A DNA stretch of 64,000 bases from Callorhinchus milii. Lineage: Eukaryota. The position numbers were made by a program, and so were the translations under genes. Numbering within the stretch: the stretch's first letter is position 1; the number at the start of each line of letters is the position of its first letter. Shown piece after piece: positions 25,797-38,169 of this stretch. Where the stretch lies: positions 17,796,001 to 17,860,000 of the forward strand of contig NW_024704743.1 of the NCBI RefSeq assembly GCF_018977255.1, in the 5' to 3' direction. The notes beneath the pieces are model-generated. The model was not told the DNA's origin. It worked only from the letters and a program-made list of their open reading frames with translations, and searched no databases.

Positions 25797-27890
25797 TAAC
25801 AACAACAAAATTACATTTCGATAGCACCATTCACGTCGGGAAAAAGTCCCAAGGCGCTGGACAGTCAGTGTTTCGAACCTGAGCTGGGGGTCGGGATCAT
25901 GCAGGGTGGAGGGCAGGAGGAGAAGGATGGTGACCGCAGGCACAGTTGAAGAGTAGGGTCTTGAGATTGGTCTTGAAGAGGGCAAGGGCGGGGACAGTGG
26001 GATGGAATTCCAGAGGATGGGGCAGATAGCTGAAGGCTTGCCCACCAATAGTGGGGTGGGCGAGGCGGGGTCGTGAAGCAAGCAGGAGGGCGTTCGTAGG
26101 GCGTTAGGGGAACGCAGAGGTAGGGGGGAGCAAGGCCATGGAGGGCATTGAAGGTGAGGACCAGGATCTTGAACTGTCCTCTGTGTGATGGGAAGCCAGT
26201 GGAGTTGGGCGAAGATGGAGGTGATAGGGACACGGAACCTGGTGCAGGAGAGGGACACGGGCTGCAGAGTTCTGGATGACCTGCAGCCTATGGAGGGAGG
26301 AGTTGGGGAGGCCCACGAGCAGGGAGTTTGCATAGTCAAGCCTGGATGTAATGAATACCTGTATGAGGGTTTCGGGAGCCTGCGGTGTGAGACAGAGGTG
26401 GAGCCGGGCGATGTTGCTGAGGTGGGGGAAGGCAGAGCGGGTCATGGCACGGTTATGGGGTAGAAAGGATAGATGAGGGTCAAACAAGACCCCAAGGTTC
26501 CAGACTGGCTCAGTGAGGTGGAGTGCACATCCACGGATGGTGATGCTGTCAGCGCCTGAGGTGAGGAAGCGCTGACAGGAACTTATCAGGTGGGCCTCGG
26601 TCTTGTTGACGTTCAACTGTAGAAAGTAGCTCTCATCCAGGACTTGATGTCTGACAGTCATTCTATCAGGACAGCAGTGGTCCTGGAGTCGAGGGTGGAG
26701 GCAGAGAGATAAGAGTTGGGTGTCATCCGCATACATGTGGAAGTTGACCCAATGTCTGTGGATGATGTCACCAAGAGGGAGCATATATATATTGAAGAGG
26801 AGGGGATCAAGGACAGAGCCCTGAGGAACGCCGCATGAGAAGGTGTGGGGGCTAGAGGAGAAACGGTTTGTGGAGATGAAGCGGAGAGGATGTGAGAGGT
26901 ACGATCTGAACCAGTGAAGGACAGAGCCGTGAAGGTTGAGGTGAGAGGAGAGGGGGAGGATGAGGGTAAAATAGTCGACGGTGTCGAAGACAGCAGAGAG
27001 GTCAAGGAGGACGAGGAGGTAGAGGGAGCCCTGGTCGCAGATGGACAGAATGTCATTTGTAACTTTGACCGGGGCTGTTTCTGGAGGGGTTCGAGAAGGG
27101 AGTGGCGGGAGAGGAAGGAGCGAAGCTGGGGACCAACGACTCGTTCCTGGACCTTGGAGAGGACAGGGAGGTTGGAGATGGGACGTTAGCTTAAGAGCAG
27201 TGATGGGTCCAGGGAGGGTTTTTTAAGGATAGGAAGGATGAGGGCGGTTTTTAATGGGGTGGGAACAGTACCAGAGGGCAGGGAGAGGTTTATGATTTCC
27301 GTGAGGAGAGGGGTGGGGAGGTGGAGCTGGGAGAGGAGAGGTGAGGAGAGGGGTGGGGGAGGTGGAGCTGGAAGAGGAGAGGAGAGGTGAGGTGAGGAGA
27401 GGGAGGGTGGGGAGGTGGAGCTGGGAGAGGAGAGGTGAGGTGAGGAGAGGAGAGGGGTGGGGAGGTGGAGCTGGGAGAGGAGAGGTGAGGTGAGGAGAGG
27501 GGAGGAGAGGGGTGGGGAGGTGGAGCTGGGAGAGGAGAGGTGAGGTGAGGTGAGGTGAGGAGAGGGGTGGGGAGGTGGAGCTGGGAGAGGAGAGGAGAGG
27601 TGAGGAGAGGGGTGGGGAGGTGGAGCTGGGAGAGGAGAGGAGAGGAGAGGGGTGGGGAGGTGGAGCTGGGAGAGGAGAGGTGAGGTGAGGAGGGGAGGGA
27701 GGGGTGGGGAGGTGGAGCTGGGAGAGGAGAGGTGAGGTGAGGTGAGGAGAGGGGAGGAGAGGGGTGGGGAGGTGGAGCTGGGAGAGGAGAGGTGAGGAGA
27801 GGAGAGGTGAGGTGAGGAGAGGAGAGGGCAGAGGTGGGGAGGTGGTGAGGGGAAGGGGTAGGGTCGAGGGAGCAGGTGGTTGGGTTTCAT
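25797..27890 (-). mobile_element. L2 LINE of about 2 kb in CFAP69 intron 1, with an internal minisatellite expansion
   Basis: PTTCSLDP, LKTALILPILKKPSLDP, HMYADDTQL, LHWLPI; (TTG)n tail. Confidence 0.9.
27301..27850. repeat. Purine-rich minisatellite (about 10 copies of ggggtggggaggtggagctggga plus variable gagag/gaggt pentamers)
   Basis: Directly visible tandem units of about 40-60 bp. Confidence 0.92.
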
Positions 27891-28029
27891 GCGGGTTATG
27901 GTGGTGGTGGTGGTGGTGGTGAGAGAGGAGGGGGAGACGGGTTGGAAGGTGTGGAGGGAGGGGTGGACAGGGGGGGGGGGGGATGGTGTGAGGGGGTAAT
28001 AGACTGAAGGGCAGAGGCTGCTCTTGAGC

Positions 28030-28560
28030 GGGAGCCCCTCGACTTCGGTGACTTACGACACGATCGGGTTTAATGGGAGTTCTCATTCAACATGGCGGCA
28101 GCGAACAGACCCCACAGTGCGGGGAAACGGCGGGAGGGACTGACCTTACTGAGCCCCATGCGGGCGTCAGTGATAACGTGCCTGACCACCGGCACGCTCT
28201 TGCTCACGCTCATCTTTCTCCTCTCACGGTCGGTCGGACACCCGGCGGCTTGTGAGATTAAGGCTGGGGATGGGATGGACGCGACGGCGGCGGCGGCGGC
28301 GGCTCTCGGGCCTCCTGTTGCCCCCCTCTCCCCCCCCACACCACCACCACCACCACCGCTCCCCGTTGCTATGGAGCCGGCGCCGCGTTGCTGACGGGAC
28401 TGACTGTCCCCTTTCTCACCACAGGCGGCGCTGCCGAGTCGTGAGCCACACGCCGCCCAGCGTGGCCAGGTTGGGCGGCTTTCACGCCCAATCGGGCGGT
28501 TTCTGTTGGCCGGTGACGGTGCTGCGCGGTGGAGGTCGCAGTTTTTGGGGGCGGTTGCCT
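28030..28560. promoter_or_regulatory. CFAP69: CpG island/promoter of CFAP69 with RFX X-box-like site GTTGCTATGGAGCC (28365-28378), GC boxes and CCAAT
   Basis: Most CpG-dense non-LINE stretch in the window; spans the start codon; X-boxes are typical of ciliary gene promoters. Confidence 0.75.
28145..28213 (-). CDS. CFAP69: CFAP69 exon 1 coding part
   Basis: MSVSKSVPVVRHVITDARMGLSK|gtcagt inside a CpG island; resembles human SSQIPVVGVVTED; phase 0 fits exon 2. Confidence 0.75.
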
Positions 28561-28894
28561 AATTTTTAACGTTTTCAACGCTTTTTTTTTGGTTCCTTTG
28601 GAGAGCTTTTCTTGCACGGTTTCAAAAAGCGCTCACCTAAGTCGGCCATCCTTATCAGGGGACACATAATATTGGGCTACTCTTTGGGCTTAGTATTGGG
28701 TTGACTTTGGGCTACAACTTTGGGCTTTTAGTTCCTGGCGATCTGATTCACAGGATCTTCACAGGAGAGTTGGGCTCATGATGGAGAAGGTCCATTTGGG
28801 GTCTCCCCTCTTTCAGGAGTACCCTCCCCTACGGCTGTCCTCCCACCAGGGCATCAAACCAAGTCCAGCACACTTCCACCGTGTCCGATTACGA

Positions 28895-29250
28895 TGCAAA
28901 TGACATTTGTGAAACGCCTTTCGCGCTGGGGGTGGGGGGGTGGGTGGGGGGGGAACGTCCCAAGGTGCTGGACGGTCAGGAACCTGGACCCGACCGAGCT
29001 CGGGGTCGGGATCGAGGAGGGTGGAGGGCAGGGAAAGGGGTTAGTGAGGGTGGCCGAAGGCTCGGTCGAAGAGGAGGGTTTTGAGACGCGCCTTGAAGGA
29101 GGCAAGGGAGGGAGGGAGCGAGGCGAAGGGAATGTGGGTTGGGGTTCCAAAGGGCGGGGGCAGAAAGACTGAAGGTCCGACCGCCGATCGTGGGGTGTGC
29201 CGGGTGGGGTGGGGCGGGGCGGGGGGGGGGGGGCGCGTGGAGCAGGCCAC
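28895..29250 (-). mobile_element. L2 3' fragment (CpG-rich)
   Basis: SFKARLKTLLFDRAF and L2 3'UTR. Confidence 0.8.
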
Positions 29251-30504
29251 AACCTGCTCAGCAGAGAGCGCGGATAGGTTGATAATAATAATAATAATAA
29301 TAATAATGATCAGTCTGTTAATGGAGAATGGTAGCGTGGTGGTTACGTTTAAAATAGAATTACATTTTTCTATTACTCATCTCGGGTAATAGAAAAATGT
29401 GGGTGAGGTTGGCACGGCCTGCATTTATTTATTTCCCATCCCTTGTTGACCAGAAAATATGCTGTCGTGCCTTTCCTTGAAACCGGAGTTAACCCAGTGA
29501 TAATGAAGGAGTGGAGCTATAGGTTCAAATCGGGATGATGAGTGATTCGGAGAGGATCTGTCTTAGGAGGCTTTCTTGTGATGCCGTAGTAAGCAAATAC
29601 AGATGAAGGCTATTAGAGGGAATTGGTAAATGCAGAGAATTAGCCATAAACTGTGAAACCTACTCTATCGTGGACTCAACCCAACCCATTCGTATTTCTT
29701 GGAGGAAATTATAATAGAGAATTGTACGCAAAACTACAGATCATTAACTATCGCTCAAATTTTTTTAAACAATTGGTCACTCCATCAACGACTGTATGTG
29801 GGACACTGCTGTGCGCAATTGGGTATCTGTGATTCACCCATAAATGTACAGACAATCCATTTTCTAATGTATTCTGTGAAGAGTTTTCAAACGTGTCAAC
29901 GACATGAAAAAGCACTATACCAAATGTCAGGATTATTATTATTATTTTTATTATTCTGTGACGTAATTTAAAAGAGAAGACTCTCCTGATATCCTGGTGA
30001 ACAATCTTTTACATATATTGTTCATTCATTTAATGTCTATTTGTGGGTACTACTTGTATTAATTGCTTATTGCATTTGCCTACAAATATACAATTATAAA
30101 ACTCAACAGCAATTATTTTTGAGATGTTTTGACATTATGGGAGCTACATCAAATGTATGGATTATTATTATCATGATTCAAACTGCCTTTTGACAACATT
30201 CACCTCCTACCCAGCTCACAAATTACTAGGTATATCTAATCCTTATTACTGGATTCGTGATAAATTCATTAAGCTTCATAAGGAATTTCTAATTTAAATG
30301 TCTATGTCTATCTCAGTGAACTGATCTACAATTTCTATTTTGTAATTGTTTGTGCTCATTAAGGAATTACAGTGCTGGGAAAATAAAAATGAGTCTACCA
30401 TGGAAATCCAGTAGGCTTCTAGAGTAAGGTTATGTTTCAGTCAATACATTATCTAAAAGTTATAATAATAATAATCCTTGCATTTAATACAGCGTCTCCT
30501 TGTA

Positions 30505-30803
30505 GGAGTCCTGTCACTCAGTGGTTAGAGTACTTGCCTTGCAAGCGAGAGACCTAGGTTCGATACCCGGCAGGGCAAAACCTAGGACAAGTTTCCTTAC
30601 TCCACACGCCTTATAATGATCCCTCAAAAAAAACAATAAAATTGCTCACTTCAATCCACAACTGTTTGTGAGACACTGCTGTACACAATTGGCTGCCGCG
30701 TTTCGCCCACAAATATACAGTCAATTCACTTTACAATACATTCTGTAAAGCGCTTTGAGATGTCTAGAAGCGCTATATCAAATACAAGGATTATTATTAT
30801 TAT
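30505..30803 (+). mobile_element. Full-length tRNA-derived SINE
   Basis: A box/B box head (ggttcgatacc), Deu-like core, (TTA)n tail. Confidence 0.9.
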
Positions 30804-33189
30804 CACATCTTCGAGTAACAACAAAGGCGATTCCAATGAACAGAGATCTAGAAGGCAACAGAATTTATCAGATACAGTATTCGGTTACAAGAATGCTTTT
30901 ACTTATGCAGTTATTGGCAATGGACTTGAGATTTTCAATTTGTTTACCTGTTCCTCCTCGGTATAATTGCTCTATTCATTTCATACTGTAATTGGAAGAA
31001 GTGACCACAGGACAGTGTTTGCAGGGAGAGGGAAAAATAAAATCTGGAATGGGATGAGAATATTACCAAAATGGGAGAATTAACTAAATGAACATAAATG
31101 AAAAAGAAGGGAGGAAGCAAAAAGAATAGGCAAAAGTAGGTGATTGTGAAGAAATAAATCAAAGTAACCGTAACAAGTAACCAACTAGTGACCATCCTCT
31201 TTGACTGAGGGAGGGGGGGTAAGTGGGTCTCCTTGCAGCTGAGCTGACTCCAGAGTGACATGATGTCTGAGGTTCAGAGCCAGTGGGTCTTCAGTACTCC
31301 AAAACAAAACTAATGACAGACCTGCCAGTCTGGCTCATCGATAGGATTTCTAGGGGCAGATAATAATAATAATCCTTGCATTTGATATAGTACCTTATCA
31401 CGTCTTCGAGATGTCTCAAAGCGTTTCACAGAATGTACTGTAAAGTGCAGTGACTGTATATTTTGTGGGCGAGATCAGGCAGGGATTCTTCCCAATTTGG
31501 CTCCTGTTAATCCTGCGAGTCAGCTAGGGTGTTCTAGTTGGAAAAGCAGCTCACCAGATAGTGCTCTCAGTGGTTAGCTATGTGGTTTTAGATGGTTAAA
31601 CTACAGTGGTAATCCAACAGCGCACTCTAGAACATCCAAGCTTCGGCTTTTGTCAATATGGTGCTGAATACTATCCAGAATTAAGAGGATACAGCCCTCC
31701 AGGGAGAAAGTGTGCACTCCATTTCAGACACAGGGAGATTCCCTGTGTGGCTGTCAAGTCTAGTTTGAATACTCTTAAGCATGGTCTTGATTTCTTGTAT
31801 GTGCCAAAAGTCATCATAAAAAACAGACTCGAGGACCTTCACCTACAAACCGCTTCATTTCCTTACACCTCCCTAATTCTGTGATCTTCTTGAATGTCAC
31901 CTGTTCAGCAAATGTAGACTTCCTCATCACTCTGCCACACCATTAGTGGGCAAGTTTTCAGCCAATATGCACAACCCCCATCCCCCACCACCCACTTGGT
32001 GTTTGGCACTGTAAAGCATTTTGAGTTTACATGGAAGTACCATATAAATACAAGTTATTGCTATAGACTCAGGTGCAACTGCCATTGTAGTAATGCATTC
32101 TACGTTCTGACCATCCTCAATGTAAACAGATTGTTCTAACCATCCCCTTTTTCTTCTGGTCCTAAGCCTCAATTTACGTCCTCTTATTCCCGACTTGACA
32201 ATTACTGGAAATGGTCTCTCGCTGTTCACTCTTTTAAAATCATTCAAAAGCTCTGAAAACCTCTCTCTTTTCTCTGCTTCAGGGCAACAGTCCCAACTTT
32301 TGACAAATAATGATAAACTCCCCTAATAATAAACTCATAATAAACTAATAATCATTCCAAAATTTCTTACCAAGAACTGTTTGGTCGTGAAAGAAATTCA
32401 ATGAAATTATGGTAAATAAATAACTTAGAATTTACACTAAACCTGGAGGATTAGGTGGGAGGGGAAAGACTCGAGAAATCCTTTGAACTGCAACAGCATA
32501 CTTTGAAGTGTGTAAGAAACTTTTACATTTTGCAGCATTTCTAACGTTTCCCTTGATTAAACACCGGGAACGGTGGGTGTTTTCCATAATTTATTTGCAG
32601 GATTGTGAGCAAAAAAAAGCCCCTGAGCAAAGTTCACCCAAAGGATGTTTAAAAATATGCTTTAGGGTGATGGGTCAGCATAAAGGGGTGCACGTTTCCA
32701 CAAAGCAGTATTCTGCAAAGCTGATCGGCAGCAGAATGTCACTTTTGCTTGAATTTTCCACACGAATGGCCTTAATAATTCAAAACCATCAGTCAGTCCA
32801 GCTTCCAGCCTGGTTATGCTCTGTAAATAGCAGTAATTTGCTGCATCCACAACCCCTTGGACAGGAGCCTGGTGGACTTCATATCAAATGGGCTTTCAGG
32901 AGGCAGTCACATTCACAAAAAGAGCACAAGGTTACAAAGCAGATTTCTTAATAATAATAATCCTTGCATTCAATATAGTACCTCATCACGTCTTCGCAAC
33001 GTCTCTAAGCGCTTCAGATTATACTGTAAAGTGAATTGACTGTATATTTTGTGGGCGAAACGCGGCACCGTTGCGCACAGCAGTGTCCCACAAACAGTTG
33101 TGGATTAATCGACCAAATTATTTTTTTAAAAATCTTATTACTGTAGTGCTGTTGATTGAGAAGTAACATAATAAACAAAAGGAAACATT

Positions 33190-33220
33190 GAAAGTTTGGC
33201 AACGCAGTCTCACCTTTATT
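33190..33220 (-). terminator. STEAP2: Candidate STEAP2 polyadenylation signal (AATAAA at 33220-33215) with downstream U-rich tract
   Basis: tttatt on the + strand; the minus strand downstream reads tgtttccttttgtttat; implies a 3'UTR of about 1.9 kb. Confidence 0.4.
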
Positions 33221-34087
33221 GCACATTATACATAGTTGAATCTGCTCGTACAACACTGAAGACTGAATGTAAACAGTGACATTTACAGAACAAACGAGGC
33301 AGGAAGACAGCAGCAAATGTTATATTTAGACCCTGCCGACCACACTTTTACTAAAACAATTACATTGTAATTATGAATGCTGTTCATTAGCGGTACCCAA
33401 ATATTTGCATAAGTAAAATTTTACATAAACGGACAGTGAAAACACTAACTACTGGACTTGGCAAAAGTCTTCTGTTTGGTTGGATGTCTAGCTTTGAGAC
33501 TCACATGAGGTTTGAAATTCCATCGAGACTTTGCCTTTCAGATAATTTGGGTTTAAAATTTAAGATTGCACAGAATTAAGGAAAAGTTTTCAATTCAGCC
33601 TTGATTTGGAAGCTGGTTCTCTTTAAGAGCCTCAGCCTTCCCCTTCACTCAGCAAACATCAGCCTGCTTCATGTCCCCCATCCAATCTGACCCACCATCG
33701 GTGGACATGCTTTCAGCCATTCTGCCCCTGCTCTCTGGAATTCCACCCAGGACTCCCACTAACTTTTCCCTTATCTCCCTGCTTTAACACCTATCTTTTC
33801 AGCGATGCCTCCCACCCCGACATCCCACCTCCAACTTGGGCTTCTAGCCAGCTGTGTGAAGCACTTTGAGATGCGTTCTCGATGTAAGAGGCGCTACACG
33901 TATGCAAATTGTGCAAACTGTTAAAAAATGGCTTCCAAATCAAGACTGAATTTGTAGTATTTTCCTCAATTCTGCGCAATCTTAAATCTCAGGCTAACAC
34001 CAGTTGGAATTTTGGCATTAAAGAATTTCTGCAATGAAAGAATCTGCAATGAAAAAAATTAAAGTGAGATTCCTTTCTAACAGTTTC

Positions 34088-34378
34088 TGGACTGTATATT
34101 TTGTTGGTAAAATGTGGCAGCCAATTGCACACAGCAATGTCCTACAAAGAGTTGTGGACTGAGTGACCAAATTCTTATTATTTATTTATGATGAAGGGAT
34201 TATTACCCTAGAAAGTGATCCGCCAATCGACTAGCATCCAGGTTCCTATTACTGCTTAGGTAAACAAAGGCATGTGGAGTAAGGAAACTTAAGCCTAAGG
34301 TTTCTCCCTGCCTGGGAATTGAAGTCGGGTCTTGTCGCTTGCGAGGTGAGTGCTCTAAACATTATGCTACAGAACTCC
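34088..34378 (-). mobile_element. SINE lacking its tail, in the putative STEAP2 3'UTR
   Basis: Same family head and core. Confidence 0.8.
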
Positions 34379-35089
34379 ACAATTTGGCACAGACCATGAG
34401 AGATTACATCTGAGATCTCACTGTACAGTATTGAACAATGTTCTGCATTCACCCTCTTGAGCCACCAGCAAAGTCTAATCCATTTTTCTTTAGAACATTT
34501 ATAAATGATCATTTTTTAAAACAAAAATATACATTACTCTACACTAAGCACATGTGAGATAGCCAGGTTGCCTAGAGCCATCATGGCAAAACAGCAGTTC
34601 TAGCTACGCTAGGGACAGATCAGGTCAACAACATGAACACTGCTTAAAGTAAACACATTTAACAGATAGTTCTGACATTGTAGACATCAACTTACTAAAA
34701 TGTTCAAAATGTTTCATTATTGCGAATAACTCATCTTAACATTGGACTTGTTTAATGCATTTGCATTGTTACACATGACACAAACAGAACAGACAATGGA
34801 GAACAGCGAAATTCAGAGTTATTTATATTCTCGTCCATCCCACTTTGGACCTGACCATTTCTGAATGGAAGTTGTTTTTAATCTTGCTTGTAGGATCTAT
34901 CCCACCTACTGTTCACCTTTGTATACCTTCTATATACTGTATGCCTAGACTACAAGCAAGAAAATACAAAGAGCTGGAGATTTTTAAATGATTTGTTGAT
35001 ATTTTGCAGCTAGTTACACAAACTATTGTCGCTAAAAGTCTCCAGCTCATTAAATGGCTTAAAGAGTCACAATTGATTGTCACAAAGTC

Positions 35090-35374
35090 TCACATAATGG
35101 TTACCCTTTCAGGAGACGATTGAGGAACTATTGCTGAAGTGTCGTCGGCGAATTGGTTCTTTTCCCATCCCTTGCGGATTTTCCGTAACCTTCTCTTAAT
35201 GCATGGAATCAGTACAATAAGTTTCCCGAGGATAACAATGAAAGGCAAAATAAGAGCCAGCACAAAGTTTGGCGGTGTGTAAAATCTGTAATACTGCTCC
35301 TCAAAAGCTCGCTTCCATCCAAAAATCAGGACATGGAACGTACTGATAAGGAGAGCCACGTACCCCAGTCTGGA
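35090..35374 (-). CDS. STEAP2: STEAP2 last coding exon (second heme His in STFHVL; C-terminus PERVTIM*)
   Basis: SRLGYVALLISTFHVLIFGWKRAFEEQYYRFYTPPNF...SPERVTIM then TGA; acceptor ttcttttgaag|; total protein 489 aa. Confidence 0.95.
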   Translation of the reverse strand, partial: SRLGYVALLISTFHVLIFGWKRAFEEQYYRFYTPPNFVLALILPFIVILGKLIVLIPCIKRRLRKIRKGWEKNQFADDTSAIVPQSSPERVTIM

Positions 35375-35774
35375 CTTCAAAAGAAAAGAAAAGATGTTAT
35401 TTTTTTGCAGCAATCTTTTTCACATCCATTTTGTTAATGGGGAGAATTCATTTTGTTAATCACTGGGAAGCAATTGGTGAGAATATGGAACTCACTGCTG
35501 GAAGCTGTGGTTGAAGTGGAAAGTATCAATGGGTTTAGGAAAAATATTGATACATGCATGAGGGGGAAGGGAATATAGGGGTGTTGGAGAGAGGAAGGTG
35601 CCTCAATCAAGGTAACTAACAAGGATTGGACTCCAATCAGGTTTGTTTGAAGTTCAAGCAGAGAAAGAGAGAGTTGGGAGGACCTAGAAAGGAACTTAAG
35701 TGGATGGAGTAATGAGATTTTATTTTTTCAATGTATTTATGTCACATTCAGAATCTAATATATTCCCTGCTGGA

Positions 35775-36052
35775 ATAATAATAATAATAATAATATTAAT
35801 AATAATAATAATAATCCTTGCATTTGATATAGTGCTTTTCACATCTTCTAGACGTCACAAAGCGCTTCACACAATGTGCTGTAAAGTGAATTGACTGTAT
35901 ATTTGTGGGCGAAACGCGGCAGCCAATTGCTCACAGCAGTGTCCCACAAACAGTCAGGATTGAAAATGATCAATTTATTATTGTTTTGTTTTTTTGGAGG
36001 GATTATTATTAGGCGTGTGGAGTAATGAAACTTGCCCAAGGTTTCGCCCTGT
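35775..36052 (-). mobile_element. SINE, head truncated, long (TAA)n tail
   Basis: Same family core and tail. Confidence 0.85.
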
Positions 36053-37249
36053 GATATAACAATGGGCTAATGCATCACTGCAAAATTCAAGCTGTTAATT
36101 ATGACAACTTACCTCACATTTTATGCATTTGAAAGAAAGCTAGACCTTCATATGAGGGGGGATAGGAGGGTATGGGATGGAGTAAGGAATAGGTGGAGAC
36201 TCGTGTGAAGTATAAACACTGGCACGGACTGGTTGGGCCAAGTGGCTTTTACTTGCTGTACACTCTTTGCAAATCTTTGTAATCTTTTCACCCTAAATCT
36301 TAATCTTTATTCCTGGAAAAATGCCAATTTATACCAAGACTGTGACTTTTTTTTTGCAGTCACAACAACGTGCCTAATACTTTCTGGAATTAGGTAAGCA
36401 GGATGCATCCCTCCAGGGAGAGAGTAAGGGAGAGCACTCCATTCCAACAATCTATCTCTGGGATTTCTATGTGTAGGTGGGATGCATGGCAATCGTAGTT
36501 TGGTTTGGATACTTTTAAGTACGGTGATGGGTTTCCACATGTGTCAAAGACCTGGCTGACCAGAGCTGACCAATATGGTGACATATAAACACAAGATCAC
36601 TGAATAATTCTAAAAACCAATGCAGGATACAAACATTTGCCAACAAAAGATGCCATACAGAGGACTTGAAACAAATACAATTGATTATTCCAGGCACCTC
36701 AGCCCTCAACATTTTGCAACATGCTGCCAGATAATTGAATGAGGGCACTGGGAATCAATAGCTATGAAGCAGCCAAAGAAAGGGATTTTTATGTCTTAAC
36801 AAAATGGAAATGTTGACCACTAATGTTGCCTTTGGAGCATTTGTGGGTTGAAGCCAATGAAAGCAAATTATGAATCCAGTTGGCAGCACTAGAACGTAAT
36901 CCTCAGAAGCATGAGGACTCACTCCTATTAGGTAGGAGATGAGGTGCTGTGTGTTACTTCCTCCACTCTGTGATACTAATGTTATTATATGGGATTATAA
37001 AGGATATCACTGTAGGTGGATAATGGTGCACCATTATTCTGTTAGGTGGGCGCACAGAGGCTCTCCCCCTATATTTAAAGTGAGCATCCGACAATTATCT
37101 GGTGAGGATAGCAATGAAAAAATAATTATCCTTAAATTTGGTACAGCATCTTTCACATCAGGAGGACATCCCAAAAGACTTTACAGATTCACTATCAAGT
37201 GCAGTGACTGTGTGTTTTAAGACCTCCCGGACACTACCCCTCATGGAGG

Positions 37250-37620
37250 GCGCTATATAAATGCAAGTTGTTGTTGTTTTGTAGGGAACCACGACAGCCA
37301 ATTTGTAAATCAGCAATGTCCCACAAACAGCCATGAAGTAAATTAACTAATTTGATTATTTCAGGGATTGTTGGCCAGGACATTAGGAGAAACTCCCTTC
37401 TCTTTCTGAATAGTGCAATTGGATCTTTAATGTCCACTTGAACAAGCAGAAGGGACTTTGGTTTAACGTCTCATCTGAAAGACAGCACCTCCAACAGTGC
37501 AACACCGCACCCGCCCCCCCCACCAGCATTTCAATGGAGTGCCTAGTCCTGATGTGGGGCTTGAACCCATAACCTTCTTGACTCAGAAGCAAGAGTGCTA
37601 CCAACTGAGTCAGGCTGACA
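37250..37620 (-). mobile_element. Older SINE family (SacSINE1/LF-SINE-like head plus Deu-like core); other copies at about 12385-12690, 12870-13155, 53230-53500, 57695-57940
   Basis: Head tgtcagcctgactcagttggtagcactctt...ggttcaagcccc, then ggaggtgctgtctttcagatgagacgttaaac. Confidence 0.7.
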
Positions 37621-38004
37621 CCTTAACGATGTTTTCAGATATACTTTGTCAAAATGTACTTCTAATGTATTCAGTGAGCATTAATTGTCAGAAAATAAAA
37701 ATTAATTGAAAATCAGATTTAGTGTAAAAAAAAAGAAGAAAAATCACTACGGAGTATCTACATAAGATCATCGGACCAACTACTGATTTTTTTGGGGGGG
37801 TGGGAGAGGAAGAGAGGTCTCCTTGGAACTGAGTTGGCTCCAGGTTGATATACTTGGCAATGTAACTGCTCTGCTACCGGACCAGTCAGCCTGGCGTGCG
37901 TATGTGTAACTCTCAGTCTGGTTTGGATAGTCATATGCATGGTAATGGATTTCTACATGTATCAGTAAGACCAAAAAAAATTAGAAAATAGGGTCGACAC
38001 ATAC

Positions 38005-38169
38005 ATGAATAAAGCTGAACTCTCTCCAATTCATAGCATTGCTGACTGATGGTATTGATGTAACTGCCAGCAATGAGAGAAGGCCCAGACTCATTATTCC
38101 AAAGGAGATGTACATTTCCATCCTCCAAACCTCTTCTTCATTCCAAGAATTTTCAATATTGACATGAAC
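38005..38169 (-). CDS. STEAP2: STEAP2 coding exon 3
   Basis: [55 protein letters not shown]; acceptor ttttacag|, donor |gtatgt; 165 nt; this frame is absent from the ORF track. Confidence 0.95.

Noticed and set aside
27186..28086. Long Pro/Ser/Leu-rich ORFs (234 and 287 aa)
   Set aside because: Translation of the minisatellite and L2 remnant
28214..28339. N-terminal Ala-rich extension of CFAP69 in the ORF track
   Set aside because: Starts at GTG; the first in-frame ATG is 28213, so treated as 5'UTR
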